Below, one piece after another: positions 16,688 through 26,083 of a stretch of DNA of 64,000 bases. The stretch comes from a virus. Below the pieces are notes generated by a model, which was not told the DNA's origin, did no database searches, and was given only the letters and a program-made list of their open reading frames with translations. The DNA lies in IMG/VR virus record IMGVR_UViG_3300005805_000042. One strand, given 5' to 3'. Numbering within the stretch: position 1 is the first letter of the stretch; each line of letters opens with the position of its first letter. Position numbers and translations under genes: made by a program.

Positions 16688-16709
16688 GGGGTCTTCGGGC
16701 CCCTTTTTT
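16688..16709 (+). terminator. intrinsic terminator with C(UUCG)G loop
   Basis: GGGGTC-TTCG-GGCCCC-TTTTTT. Confidence 0.8.
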
Positions 16710-16726
16710 ATTCTTGTTTTTTTTAA

Positions 16727-16734
16727 TATATTTG
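16727..16734 (+). promoter_or_regulatory. Bacteroidota-type -7 promoter element TAnnTTTG (example copy)
   Basis: TATATTTG 4 nt before the HNH ATG; further copies at 21558, 39128, 50005 and 50221 (+) and many on the minus strand. Confidence 0.65.
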
Positions 16735-16738
16735 TCAC

Positions 16739-17227
16739 ATGCAAAAAGTACTTGTTTTGAACTTTGACTACTCACCACTGAATGTCACATCAGTTCAGAG
16801 GGGGTTTATTTTGGTCGTAAATGGAAAAGCTGAAATTATCAAATCAGCCGAAAATCCTATTACCACTTTTACCCACACATATGTACGACCTTTAATAATT
16901 CGTCTTTTAAAATACATAAACTACAGAGGTTCAGGAATCAGAGTAAATCGACACCGAGTTTTTAGAAGAGATAATAATGAATGTGTTTATTGTGGCTCCA
17001 AAAAAGAATTGACAATTGACCATGTTATACCACGCTCAAAAGGTGGAAAAAATACATGGGACAATTTAGTCACTTGTTGCCAAAATTGTAATTTAAAAAA
17101 GGGAAATAAGACTCCTGATGAGGCACGAATGCCATTAAGACGGAAACCATATCAACCTAATTTTGTGGACGAAGAAACAACTTTGAATGATGTTTGGGAC
17201 AGTTTCAAAGAAACCTTTTTTTCTTAA
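16739..17227 (+). CDS. HNH endonuclease (McrA-like)
   Basis: CVYCG, TIDHVIPRSKGG, NLVTCCQNCNLKK. Confidence 0.92.
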   Translation: MQKVLVLNFDYSPLNVTSVQRGFILVVNGKAEIIKSAENPITTFTHTYVRPLIIRLLKYINYRGSGIRVNRHRVFRRDNNECVYCGSKKELTIDHVIPRSKGGKNTWDNLVTCCQNCNLKKGNKTPDEARMPLRRKPYQPNFVDEETTLNDVWDSFKETFFS

Positions 17228-17260
17228 AGATTTTTTCTAATATTAAAGAAAAAAATATAC

Positions 17261-17521
17261 ATGAATACAAATAACCCACTCAGTCATCAAGATTTGATGA
17301 ACGCCTCACTTTTGTTTTCCAAAGCACTCTCCTTAATTTTAGATGACAAACAAGGTATTGTTGTTGATATTGTCCCCGATTCGGGTGTTGACATGGGAGA
17401 AAACACAACCAAAGTTGTTATTTACCGTTTGGAAAATCAAATTCACGTGCAAAATTTAGAAATGGATATTGTTGAAGGAACTATAGTAGCTCTTAGTGAT
17501 AAAGATAAAACTGAAAATTAA
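17261..17521 (+). CDS. hypothetical protein
   Basis: 86 aa ORF. Confidence 0.6.
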   Translation: MNTNNPLSHQDLMNASLLFSKALSLILDDKQGIVVDIVPDSGVDMGENTTKVVIYRLENQIHVQNLEMDIVEGTIVALSDKDKTEN

Positions 17522-17528
17522 TAAAAAT

Positions 17529-19196
17529 ATGACAGTCTTAGGTTTCTCCGTTGGGCACGATAAAGGTGCTGTAATAATCAAAAATGGTCAAGTAATTGTT
17601 GGAATAACACAAGAAAGACTCACAAGAAGAAAACATGATGGAGCATTCACAGGTGGTGCAATTCCTGTGGAGTCTATTATGTATTGTCTTTCCGTATTGG
17701 ATATTACCGTAGATGATTTAGACCTCATTGTTTACAGTTCAACTGAATTGGTCGATAACACATACGAACTTTTCAATAAAATCTTCCAAGTACCAAAAAA
17801 GAAACTTGTGTTCATGCCTCATCATTTGGCTCACGCATATTCTTCTTTCTTTTCTTCAGGTTTCGATGAAGCTGCAGTTATTGTCGCAGATGCATCGGGT
17901 TCAATTTTAAATCATAAAACTAAACTTGGTGAATGGTATCCCGAAAAATCACATGAAGGACTCAATGAGGGTGAAGATTGGACTGAAGGTATTTCTTTGT
18001 ATCATTTTACCAGAAGTGGTCATAGTGAAGTTTATAAGAAATGGATAAAATATCCCGTACCCCTTGAAAGTAATGATGGAGTGTCGTTAGGCACTATGTA
18101 TTCACAGGGATGTTTACAATTGATATATGAACCCAACAGTAATGTTTGGCCGGCAGGTAAACTTATGGGATTGGCTTCATATGCAAATTCAGAATTTGTA
18201 AAGAATTTCCCTGAATACATAAAATATGAAAACGATGACATTCATATACCAAACGGTGGGATTCTTCCACATATTACTTGGAGAAATGATTTTCAAACTA
18301 AAGCTAATGTTGCAGGGGTTTATCAAAGAGAACAAGAAAAGGCATCCCTGATATTGGCAGATATGATTAAAAAACGCACAAACTCAAATAATGTTTGTAC
18401 TGCAGGGGGTTCTTTTTTGAATTGTAATTCTAATGAAATTATCATAAATTCAGGACTATTCGAAAATACATTTTTTGTTCCTCCAGCTGATGACAGTGGT
18501 ATCCCCCTTGGATGTGCGTGGTACGCATATCAACAAGTTGCTGAAATTCAACAAACATTTCCATTGTGGCCCTACTTTGGTAAAAAGTATTCAAATAGAG
18601 ATGTTGAAGAAGCTACGAGTAAATTTCCAAACCTCCGAGTAGAATATTGGGATAATTTTGATGATATTGTTGAAACCATAACTGACAGACTTGTTGAAAA
18701 TAAAGTTATCGGATGGTTTCAAGGAGGTTCTGAAATTGGACCTAGAGCTTTGGGAAATCGTTCAATTATTGCGTCACCCACATCAAAATGGATGAAAGAC
18801 AGAGTTAACCATGACCATAAACATAGAGAATGGTATCGTCCCTTTGCACCTGCAGTAATTTTTGATTTACAAAAAGAAATATTTCAAACTGACTACTTTT
18901 CTCCATTTATGTTGGTTACTGCAACTGTGTCAGATGAATGGAAAGAAAGAATTCCTGCGGTAGTCCATATCGATGGGTCCGCAAGATTTCAATCTGTCAC
19001 ACCAAAAAGTAATGAAAAGTTTTTTAAACTTATAAATAAATTTTACGAAAAAACTGGAATCCCTGTTTTGTTGAACACTAGCTACAATGGTGGTCACGAA
19101 CCAATGATTGAAACACCCTTTGATGCTATTAAATCTTTTTTAGATTGTAATTTAGATTTTCTAATAGCTGAAAATTATATTATTAGTAAAAATTAA
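17529..19196 (+). CDS. carbamoyltransferase (NodU/CmcH/TobZ family)
   Basis: GHDKGA, QERLTRRKH, HHLAHAYS, AGKLMGLA, GGSFLNC, DDSG, GPRALGNRS, WYRPFAP and LLNTS motifs. Confidence 0.93.
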   Translation: MTVLGFSVGHDKGAVIIKNGQVIVGITQERLTRRKHDGAFTGGAIPVESIMYCLSVLDITVDDLDLIVYSSTELVDNTYELFNKIFQVPKKKLVFMPHHLAHAYSSFFSSGFDEAAVIVADASGSILNHKTKLGEWYPEKSHEGLNEGEDWTEGISLYHFTRSGHSEVYKKWIKYPVPLESNDGVSLGTMYSQGCLQLIYEPNSNVWPAGKLMGLASYANSEFVKNFPEYIKYENDDIHIPNGGILPHITWRNDFQTKANVAGVYQREQEKASLILADMIKKRTNSNNVCTAGGSFLNCNSNEIIINSGLFENTFFVPPADDSGIPLGCAWYAYQQVAEIQQTFPLWPYFGKKYSNRDVEEATSKFPNLRVEYWDNFDDIVETITDRLVENKVIGWFQGGSEIGPRALGNRSIIASPTSKWMKDRVNHDHKHREWYRPFAPAVIFDLQKEIFQTDYFSPFMLVTATVSDEWKERIPAVVHIDGSARFQSVTPKSNEKFFKLINKFYEKTGIPVLLNTSYNGGHEPMIETPFDAIKSFLDCNLDFLIAENYIISKN

Positions 19197-19203
19197 TTTT
19201 ATT

Positions 19204-20796
19204 ATGAGTGTAATCTATGGACTTTACGCAGCAGGACATAGTCCATCAACAACTTTGATTGTTGACGGTGAAATAATACATGCTGTAGAAGAAGAGAGAA
19301 TCAAACGAATTAAATCGGGAGAAGACTATGGTGCGTACCCCGATTTATCACTAAAGGCTGTCGAAGATAGAACTAATATAAAACTCAAAGATGCTGATTA
19401 TGTAGTTTTTGCTGAGCCCGCACCACCGGTATATGCTAGGAGACTAACTAATGATAATTATTCTAAAGTGTCTCACCACCGTGCACATAATACCGCAGCT
19501 TATTTTACAAGTGGAATGGAAGGAAAAGTACTTTCAATTTCATACGATGGTGGTGGAGAATCTTCTTTTATGAGAGTATATGCATGTGAGGACGGTAAGA
19601 TGAATGAAGTTCACCGATTATCGGGAACTAACTCTGGAAGTCTTTCACAACTTTGGGGATTTATAACAAATTGGATGATGGGTCGTAATTCAAATTGTAG
19701 GTTTCAATGGATAATGTGTAAGGATGAAGGTAAGGTCATGGGAATGGCACCTGATGGTTATTACGATGAAAGAATTCAAAAAATTCTACATAGTATCCTA
19801 TCATATAATGATTTAAAATTTTATCCTTCGGGAACTGACCAAAAAACTAAGTTTGTTATGGAACGATTACTCGAAGAAGGTTTTTTTGACACTCTTAAAA
19901 AACGAGAAGTTTTCAGTTTCAATTTACAATACTTTACTGAGGAATTGATGTTGAGATTTATCGACGACCTACACAAGAAAATGCCCGACTACAAGAAACT
20001 TTGTTTTTCAGGTGGTCTTTTTGCGAATGTTAAACTGAATCAAAAAATAAATGAATTACCGTGGGTTGAAGAAATATACATTCTTCCTCCAATGGGTGAT
20101 GAAGGACTTTCTTTAGGTGCTGCAATTCATAAAGCAGTTGAATTAGGTGAAATTACAAAACCAATAAAACTTAAAAATGTTTATTTTGGTTTCGATTATT
20201 CAGATGAAGAAGTTATAAATTTGGCAACAAAACATGACTTTTTAGTAAAAAAATATATTGTTGATGAAATTGCGACGGATTTAAATAAAGGTTTGATTAT
20301 TGGATGGTTTCAAGGTAAAATGGAACTTGGACCACGTTCCTTGGGTGCGAGGAGTATTTTGGTAAGACCTACAGATTACAATACCCACGCAGAGTTAAAT
20401 CGAAGATTGAAAAGATATGATACAATGCCTTTTGCACCAATGATAATGGGTGAGTTTTTTGAAACGGTTTTCCCGACCGCAAAATCCAAGTATGCCGCTC
20501 AGTTTATGACTTTAACATTTCCAACCCATGAACCATGGATTTATAAAATTCCCGCAGTAATTCAGAAATCGGATAAAACTGCCAGACCTCAGGTAGTGGA
20601 AAAAGAAAATCTTCCCAAAGTTTGGGAACTTATGAATTCGTACTATGAACTCTCAGGTATCCCATTACTACTTAACACCTCATTCAATGCTCATAACGAA
20701 CCCATTATTGAGCACCCCGAAAATGCTTTTGTTCACCTTAAAAATAAAGTGATTGATAAATTAGTTATTGGAGATTATGTATACGAAAATAAATAA
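19204..20796 (+). CDS. second carbamoyltransferase (NodU/CmcH family)
   Basis: EEERIKRIK, HHRAH, DGGG, EGKVMGMA, GGLFANVKLN, GPRSLGARS and LLNTSFNAH motifs. Confidence 0.93.
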   Translation: MSVIYGLYAAGHSPSTTLIVDGEIIHAVEEERIKRIKSGEDYGAYPDLSLKAVEDRTNIKLKDADYVVFAEPAPPVYARRLTNDNYSKVSHHRAHNTAAYFTSGMEGKVLSISYDGGGESSFMRVYACEDGKMNEVHRLSGTNSGSLSQLWGFITNWMMGRNSNCRFQWIMCKDEGKVMGMAPDGYYDERIQKILHSILSYNDLKFYPSGTDQKTKFVMERLLEEGFFDTLKKREVFSFNLQYFTEELMLRFIDDLHKKMPDYKKLCFSGGLFANVKLNQKINELPWVEEIYILPPMGDEGLSLGAAIHKAVELGEITKPIKLKNVYFGFDYSDEEVINLATKHDFLVKKYIVDEIATDLNKGLIIGWFQGKMELGPRSLGARSILVRPTDYNTHAELNRRLKRYDTMPFAPMIMGEFFETVFPTAKSKYAAQFMTLTFPTHEPWIYKIPAVIQKSDKTARPQVVEKENLPKVWELMNSYYELSGIPLLLNTSFNAHNEPIIEHPENAFVHLKNKVIDKLVIGDYVYENK

Positions 20797-21427
20797 CATT
20801 GGAATTCATTATTTTTTAGAAAATGGAGTTAGGGTTCGAGTAGAAGGTCCTGATAATTATTACTATGTAGAAATAAGAGAGTATCCCAAAAATTCTACTG
20901 AATCATATTATTTAGAGGGATATCATCTAATTAAAGAACCTTCTTCTTGTTATGGAGTTCAAGTATTTCAGTATGATGTGAAATTTTATTATGACTTCGA
21001 ACTTTTAGTTTATAAGTTAGATGTAAACCACGGATTAGTACAAATCTTTCACCATAGATTCGATGATAGAGAAAAATTAGTTTTATTCAACATCGATAGT
21101 CATGATTTAAAAGAGGCTACTTTGTGGTATGAAAAATGTTTGTTGTACACCGATTTACACGGTTGCAAGCCTGTAATAAGAACTCATTTCGATGAATTGA
21201 ACCATCGTAATAAAAATTATTTCTCTACAGATGTTTTCGAATTTTACAAAGTCTATAGTATAGGGCGTTATCCAAAAACTAGTCAGGATTTCCGTAGTAT
21301 TGGAGACCAAAGAGTTGAAAACACAACTTGGTTTGGTTTATGGAAAAAATTCTGGTCTTACGAACATCCTCGTGAATGGAAATTGCTAACCTCCGAGGAA
21401 ATAGTTGATGATATCCTCGGATTTTAG
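20768..21427 (+). CDS. hypothetical protein co-transcribed with the carbamoyltransferases
   Basis: 219 aa ORF overlapping the previous stop. Confidence 0.6.
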   Translation: MEIMYTKINNIGIHYFLENGVRVRVEGPDNYYYVEIREYPKNSTESYYLEGYHLIKEPSSCYGVQVFQYDVKFYYDFELLVYKLDVNHGLVQIFHHRFDDREKLVLFNIDSHDLKEATLWYEKCLLYTDLHGCKPVIRTHFDELNHRNKNYFSTDVFEFYKVYSIGRYPKTSQDFRSIGDQRVENTTWFGLWKKFWSYEHPREWKLLTSEEIVDDILGF

Positions 21428-21593
21428 TATTTTTTGAGAATTAACTCTCAAATATGAATATTAAGAAATACTTCGAATTCACAAAAACTATAAACGGGAC
21501 AAATTATTTCTTACAACAACTTTTAACAATTGGTTTGGCAGTTATAAACTTATACCTTATCTTTGTTAACTCAAATAATTTAAATTACAACGG

Positions 21594-22271
21594 ATGAACA
21601 TTTCCCAAGAATTCAAAAAGTACGCAATGAGTGATTACAATGTGTCTTCACTTACAATGTATAACTTCGAGAAACAAATCGAAAACTCACTAACCCCTTA
21701 TATTTTGGAAGAGCGTGAACTTCGAGCAACTCAAATAGATATTTTTTCTCGATTGATGAGAGATAGACTTTTGTGGGTTGCAGGACCAGTCAATGATAAT
21801 ATGTCCACAATTGTTCAGGCACAACTAATGTTCTTGGATTCTGCCGATAAAACAGATATTACAATGCACATAGATTCTCCAGGTGGAAGTGTGAAATCAG
21901 GACTTTCTATTGTAGATGTCATGGATTATATCTCATGTGATATCCGTACTGTTAATACTGGTCTTGCCGCTTCTATGGGTTCGATATTGTTGGGAGCGGG
22001 AACCAAAGGAAAACGAAGTTCACTTCGATTCTCCCGTACAATGCTACACCAATCATCTGGTGGCGCTGGCGGAAATATTCAGGATGCTGAGATTACATTT
22101 AAAGAATGGAAGAAAATCAACGACACTCTATTTATTCTTCTTGGTGACTATTGTGGAAAAGACTCTGAACAGGTCAAACAAGACGCACAACGCGATTTAT
22201 GGCTCGATTCACAGGAAGCCTTAGATTATGGTATTATCGATGAAATAGTGACAAAAAAAGGGGGTCAGTGA
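21594..22271 (+). CDS. clpP: ATP-dependent Clp protease proteolytic subunit
   Basis: DIFSRLMRDR, IDSPGGSV, GLAASMG (Ser), MLHQ (His) and RDLW (Asp). Confidence 0.95.
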   Translation: MNISQEFKKYAMSDYNVSSLTMYNFEKQIENSLTPYILEERELRATQIDIFSRLMRDRLLWVAGPVNDNMSTIVQAQLMFLDSADKTDITMHIDSPGGSVKSGLSIVDVMDYISCDIRTVNTGLAASMGSILLGAGTKGKRSSLRFSRTMLHQSSGGAGGNIQDAEITFKEWKKINDTLFILLGDYCGKDSEQVKQDAQRDLWLDSQEALDYGIIDEIVTKKGGQ

Positions 22272-22344
22272 CCCCCTTTAATAGATAAACACACCCCTTT
22301 CTTTTAACGTGTTTATATCAACACGAGTTTCCTCGGAAGATGCT

Positions 22345-23529
22345 TTAACGATTCAATCTGAAATCGAATTGGTATTCAACTTCACCTGTTGGTGTAGTTT
22401 GTTGTCTAACAACTGGTCGGTTAACATCACGACCTGACTTTGGTAAAGTTGGGAACTTGGGGTCTCCTGTATACTTCTCACGGAGAGCCAAAATTGCCTT
22501 CTCAACATTTTTACCACCAATTCCCATGGTACCGAATTTGTGGTCTTGTCTCAGACAAGCATTAACTTCTTTCTTCATACCCTCTAAAGTACCGAAGTCA
22601 TATTCTTCACCACTCCCCCCTCGTCTCCAAGCGTCGTAGTATGCCATAATAACTTTTCCACAATATTTTTCATTATATCTTTTTTGAACTTCTTTCTGTT
22701 GGTCACGAGTAATCTTAAGTAATTGTTTTCTATCAATTTTACTTGGATTAAGATAAATTACAATATTTTTAGTGAGGCCAGCACTTTTAGGAATCATAAC
22801 TTTTCCACTCCACCAAGTTTGTCTTTCTTGCTCGGTCATTTCATTTTCATACTTCCAAGGACCTCTTCCCTCTTCAGATTTTTCAATTCCGAATGAATTT
22901 AAATAAGAATCAATGATTTCAGTTTCTTTCGAAGTCGTCGCACCAGGTTGCATTGTAGCCGCTTTAGGTCTATAAAGTTTGGTTGTTCCTACTTGGATGA
23001 TTTCAAGAACTGTTTGGTCTCCTTGGTTTGCAGGTACTTCGTATCCTGCTGGTAAATTATCATAAGTGAAGTATCCGTAACCACCTTGCTTGATATCCTT
23101 TGTAAGGGTTGCAATTAGATTATTTAATCTGTCTTCTTTAACATTCAATCCTTTACAGGACCATTTGTCAGCGCTTCTTACACCTGTTTTTCCTCCTTGA
23201 CTAACTGTTACTAAGAAAGTTCCATCTCCAAAGAAATATACCTCATCACCTCTATCCCAAATAACTCTGTCACCTGACATTTTTTGTTCTGTTGGACGGT
23301 ATAACAATGCGTTTTTACCATCTTTGGTTGCTGGTTTGGCTTGTCTGATAGCTTCATTGGTACACTTTTGTTGTGCTAATGCTAAAAATTGTTTCGGGTC
23401 GGTAACATCTTCAATTTGCTCGGAAACCAAAGATTTGTCAAAAAGATGACCCATTAGAACATCTCTATACTTGTTGTGATTCTCAAGTATCGAGTTTCTC
23501 TCTTCTGTAGTAATTTTAATTCGTTTCAT
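22345..23529 (-). CDS. putative virion or internal protein
   Basis: 394 aa; leader MKRIKITTEERNSILE; upstream TATTTAT. Confidence 0.6.
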   Translation of the reverse strand: MKRIKITTEERNSILENHNKYRDVLMGHLFDKSLVSEQIEDVTDPKQFLALAQQKCTNEAIRQAKPATKDGKNALLYRPTEQKMSGDRVIWDRGDEVYFFGDGTFLVTVSQGGKTGVRSADKWSCKGLNVKEDRLNNLIATLTKDIKQGGYGYFTYDNLPAGYEVPANQGDQTVLEIIQVGTTKLYRPKAATMQPGATTSKETEIIDSYLNSFGIEKSEEGRGPWKYENEMTEQERQTWWSGKVMIPKSAGLTKNIVIYLNPSKIDRKQLLKITRDQQKEVQKRYNEKYCGKVIMAYYDAWRRGGSGEEYDFGTLEGMKKEVNACLRQDHKFGTMGIGGKNVEKAILALREKYTGDPKFPTLPKSGRDVNRPVVRQQTTPTGEVEYQFDFRLNR

Positions 23530-23549
23530 ATCTTATATGATAAATACAC

Positions 23550-26042
23550 TTATGATAGGTCTAAAATCTCAGAACCCCTTGATGTTTTAGGAAATTTGCG
23601 ATAGAAATCTTCAGCTTCTTTCTTTTCTTTCTGAATTTGGATATTTGTCTCTAAAGTTCTTTTTATTAAATCACAAATTCTATTAACATCTGAGTCGTTG
23701 AACCCATTCTGCCATCCATAACTACCCAATTCGTTGTAAAGTTGTTTGTCAAAGTTTCCTGTATTGGGTAAATTTAAACATTGTTGAATTTGTTTGATAG
23801 ACTCTGAGTTACAACCTAATTGATTGAAACCTGTGCATGGGGTAAATTGATTTGTAAGATTATCCCGAACTTTTTGAGGGTCACTTGTGGGTTTTTTTTC
23901 TTCTAATTTTTTTCTAAGTAACCATAATTCATATTGAACTTTCGCCTTTTCAGCTAAATCTACAGAGGTGTTTTTAACATTTTCTGCAAATTTATTAAGT
24001 TCTTCTAATGCCTTTCTGAAAGTTTCGCTGTTTTTTACACTTTGAACTTCTTTTTTAAGTTCTTCAACTTTTTTGTCTAATTCCTCTCCAGCAGAATTTT
24101 CTTCCTCTTCTTTAGGTGGGATGATAAGCTGTTCTATTATTTTATTTTTTCTAATAGACTCAGTAACAGGAGGTGTGAAATAATTTTTGAGATATTCACG
24201 AACTCTTGGGTTAGTTATTGGACTTGATGTTGTTTCTGTCATACTTGAGTCTGTGAAATGTACAGCTTCCCAAACCCCTTTTGGATTAACTAATTGTACA
24301 TCTTTATTAGACTCTCTTCCCTTTTCAAATGCTATTGCAAGTGTGTCATTGTCCTGCATATAAACACGGTCTTGTAAAAACTGTAAATCACCAGACAGAG
24401 TTAATTTTAAATCCTCAGGAATAGAAAATTGACCTTTTTCTATTTTTTTAGCATCTTTTTCAATTTTTTCAATATCTTCTTCGGGTATATTAGCAGCTTT
24501 TGCAACTTTTTTCCATAACCATTCTGCCCACACATCTGGACCTCCCCATAAAGATGGGCTTTGAGTTAATAAAACACCTAACATTACATTCAAAGGGGCT
24601 CTGGCCATGCTATTCCAATAAGGAACGGCAAACGATATTCCTTGAGCGTTACCTAAGAAATCAACCACAAACGCATCCAATGCCTTAAGAATGCCAAAAC
24701 CGTCTCTTTGACGCGTTTCATCATATTTTTTTGTATCAAATGGGGTGGAAAATCCAAATTTTTCTGAATATTTGTTGACAAGGTCTTTAAATCCAGTGGT
24801 ATACGCAACTGCTGAGGCCGCCGATAATATAGCATTAGCTATTATGGCCCCCATACCCGATTTTAGAAGTAAAACAAAAAGATACTGTGCTGCTCTTTTT
24901 CGGTCTTTGATACCTTGCATTTGGATAGCTTTCCTGTAGATATCCGATTTTGTAGCCCACTGACCTGTAACCAAAAAAGCTTTTAAATTTTCACCCAATC
25001 TTATTTTTGCTAAATTAGATATTTTGTCTGGTAATATTTTGTTTAACCATTTACTCTCTTCACCAGAAAAATCTATAAATTTAAAATCCTCGGGTATACT
25101 TTCGAATGCTGCTTTGATACCTGGGTCGCTATTTCTTAATTGTCTAAAAATTTTAAAAATATCTTGGTCGCCGGATTTAATCAAATTGTTTAACTCGTCA
25201 GGCAAACTTAATTTTCTGAATTCATCTTTACCAATATCATCACCTTTCATGAAAATTTGATTCAACTTACGAGATATTGCTAAGGCATAGGCTTCTTGAA
25301 GTTGTTGTCTTTGTTCATTTCCCTCAGATAAAATCAATTTTTCAACAAATTCCTCAGACAAATCCTCAATGTCTTTTATAAGACTTTTTGTTTCAGTGTA
25401 CATTACCTCAAAAACATCTCTTACAAAGCTTTTACCACCTTTTGAATTTACTGCATTAGCTAAAGATTTAATTTGTGATTTACCCAATATTTCTTTACGT
25501 AAAGGTCGATATTCTCTTGTTAAATAATATCTTACAGCGTCTTGAAATTCTATTTCTAATTTATCAATCTCGCTTATTTCGAAAAATTCATCAATATTTT
25601 CTTGTAACTTTCTGTTAGGGTTGCTATTCAAAATAGATTCGAAAATAGTCCTAAAATCTTGAAAGTTAGGGGTGAGTTTGCTACTTATAACTTCGGTTAC
25701 AAACTGGTTTACGTCAGGAATGTTTTGACTTATTAATGATTTAACTGCCGCAGTTAATTGGGCATCATTTAATGAACTAAAAGTTCGTCTCAAAGAACCA
25801 ACACTATCTGGTCTATTTTGAAACTGTTTCAAATCATCTAAAACTTTTTCTAAATTTGCCGTAGGCAAATCTCTAACAACATTTCTAAGTTTTTTTCCAA
25901 TATCATCAACCCAACTAATTTGGATATTAGGAGCTTCATTTAACAAAAATTTTTTTACAGACGAACGGTTACTAAACCATTCATTATAAATTTTAATTTT
26001 GGCAATTTCTTTAATTAAATTTTTATTTTCTTGGCTTTTCAT
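23550..26042 (-). CDS. large helical putative virion protein with hydrophobic segment and degenerate C-terminal PG-binding-like motif
   Basis: 830 aa; hydrophobic stretch LFVLLLKSGMGAIIANAIL; GCNSESIKQIQQCL near the C-terminus; upstream TATTTATA. Confidence 0.6.
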   Translation of the reverse strand: MKSQENKNLIKEIAKIKIYNEWFSNRSSVKKFLLNEAPNIQISWVDDIGKKLRNVVRDLPTANLEKVLDDLKQFQNRPDSVGSLRRTFSSLNDAQLTAAVKSLISQNIPDVNQFVTEVISSKLTPNFQDFRTIFESILNSNPNRKLQENIDEFFEISEIDKLEIEFQDAVRYYLTREYRPLRKEILGKSQIKSLANAVNSKGGKSFVRDVFEVMYTETKSLIKDIEDLSEEFVEKLILSEGNEQRQQLQEAYALAISRKLNQIFMKGDDIGKDEFRKLSLPDELNNLIKSGDQDIFKIFRQLRNSDPGIKAAFESIPEDFKFIDFSGEESKWLNKILPDKISNLAKIRLGENLKAFLVTGQWATKSDIYRKAIQMQGIKDRKRAAQYLFVLLLKSGMGAIIANAILSAASAVAYTTGFKDLVNKYSEKFGFSTPFDTKKYDETRQRDGFGILKALDAFVVDFLGNAQGISFAVPYWNSMARAPLNVMLGVLLTQSPSLWGGPDVWAEWLWKKVAKAANIPEEDIEKIEKDAKKIEKGQFSIPEDLKLTLSGDLQFLQDRVYMQDNDTLAIAFEKGRESNKDVQLVNPKGVWEAVHFTDSSMTETTSSPITNPRVREYLKNYFTPPVTESIRKNKIIEQLIIPPKEEEENSAGEELDKKVEELKKEVQSVKNSETFRKALEELNKFAENVKNTSVDLAEKAKVQYELWLLRKKLEEKKPTSDPQKVRDNLTNQFTPCTGFNQLGCNSESIKQIQQCLNLPNTGNFDKQLYNELGSYGWQNGFNDSDVNRICDLIKRTLETNIQIQKEKKEAEDFYRKFPKTSRGSEILDLS

Positions 26043-26083
26043 GATGCTTAAATATTTTATAAATACCCTTTTTTTTTAAATTG

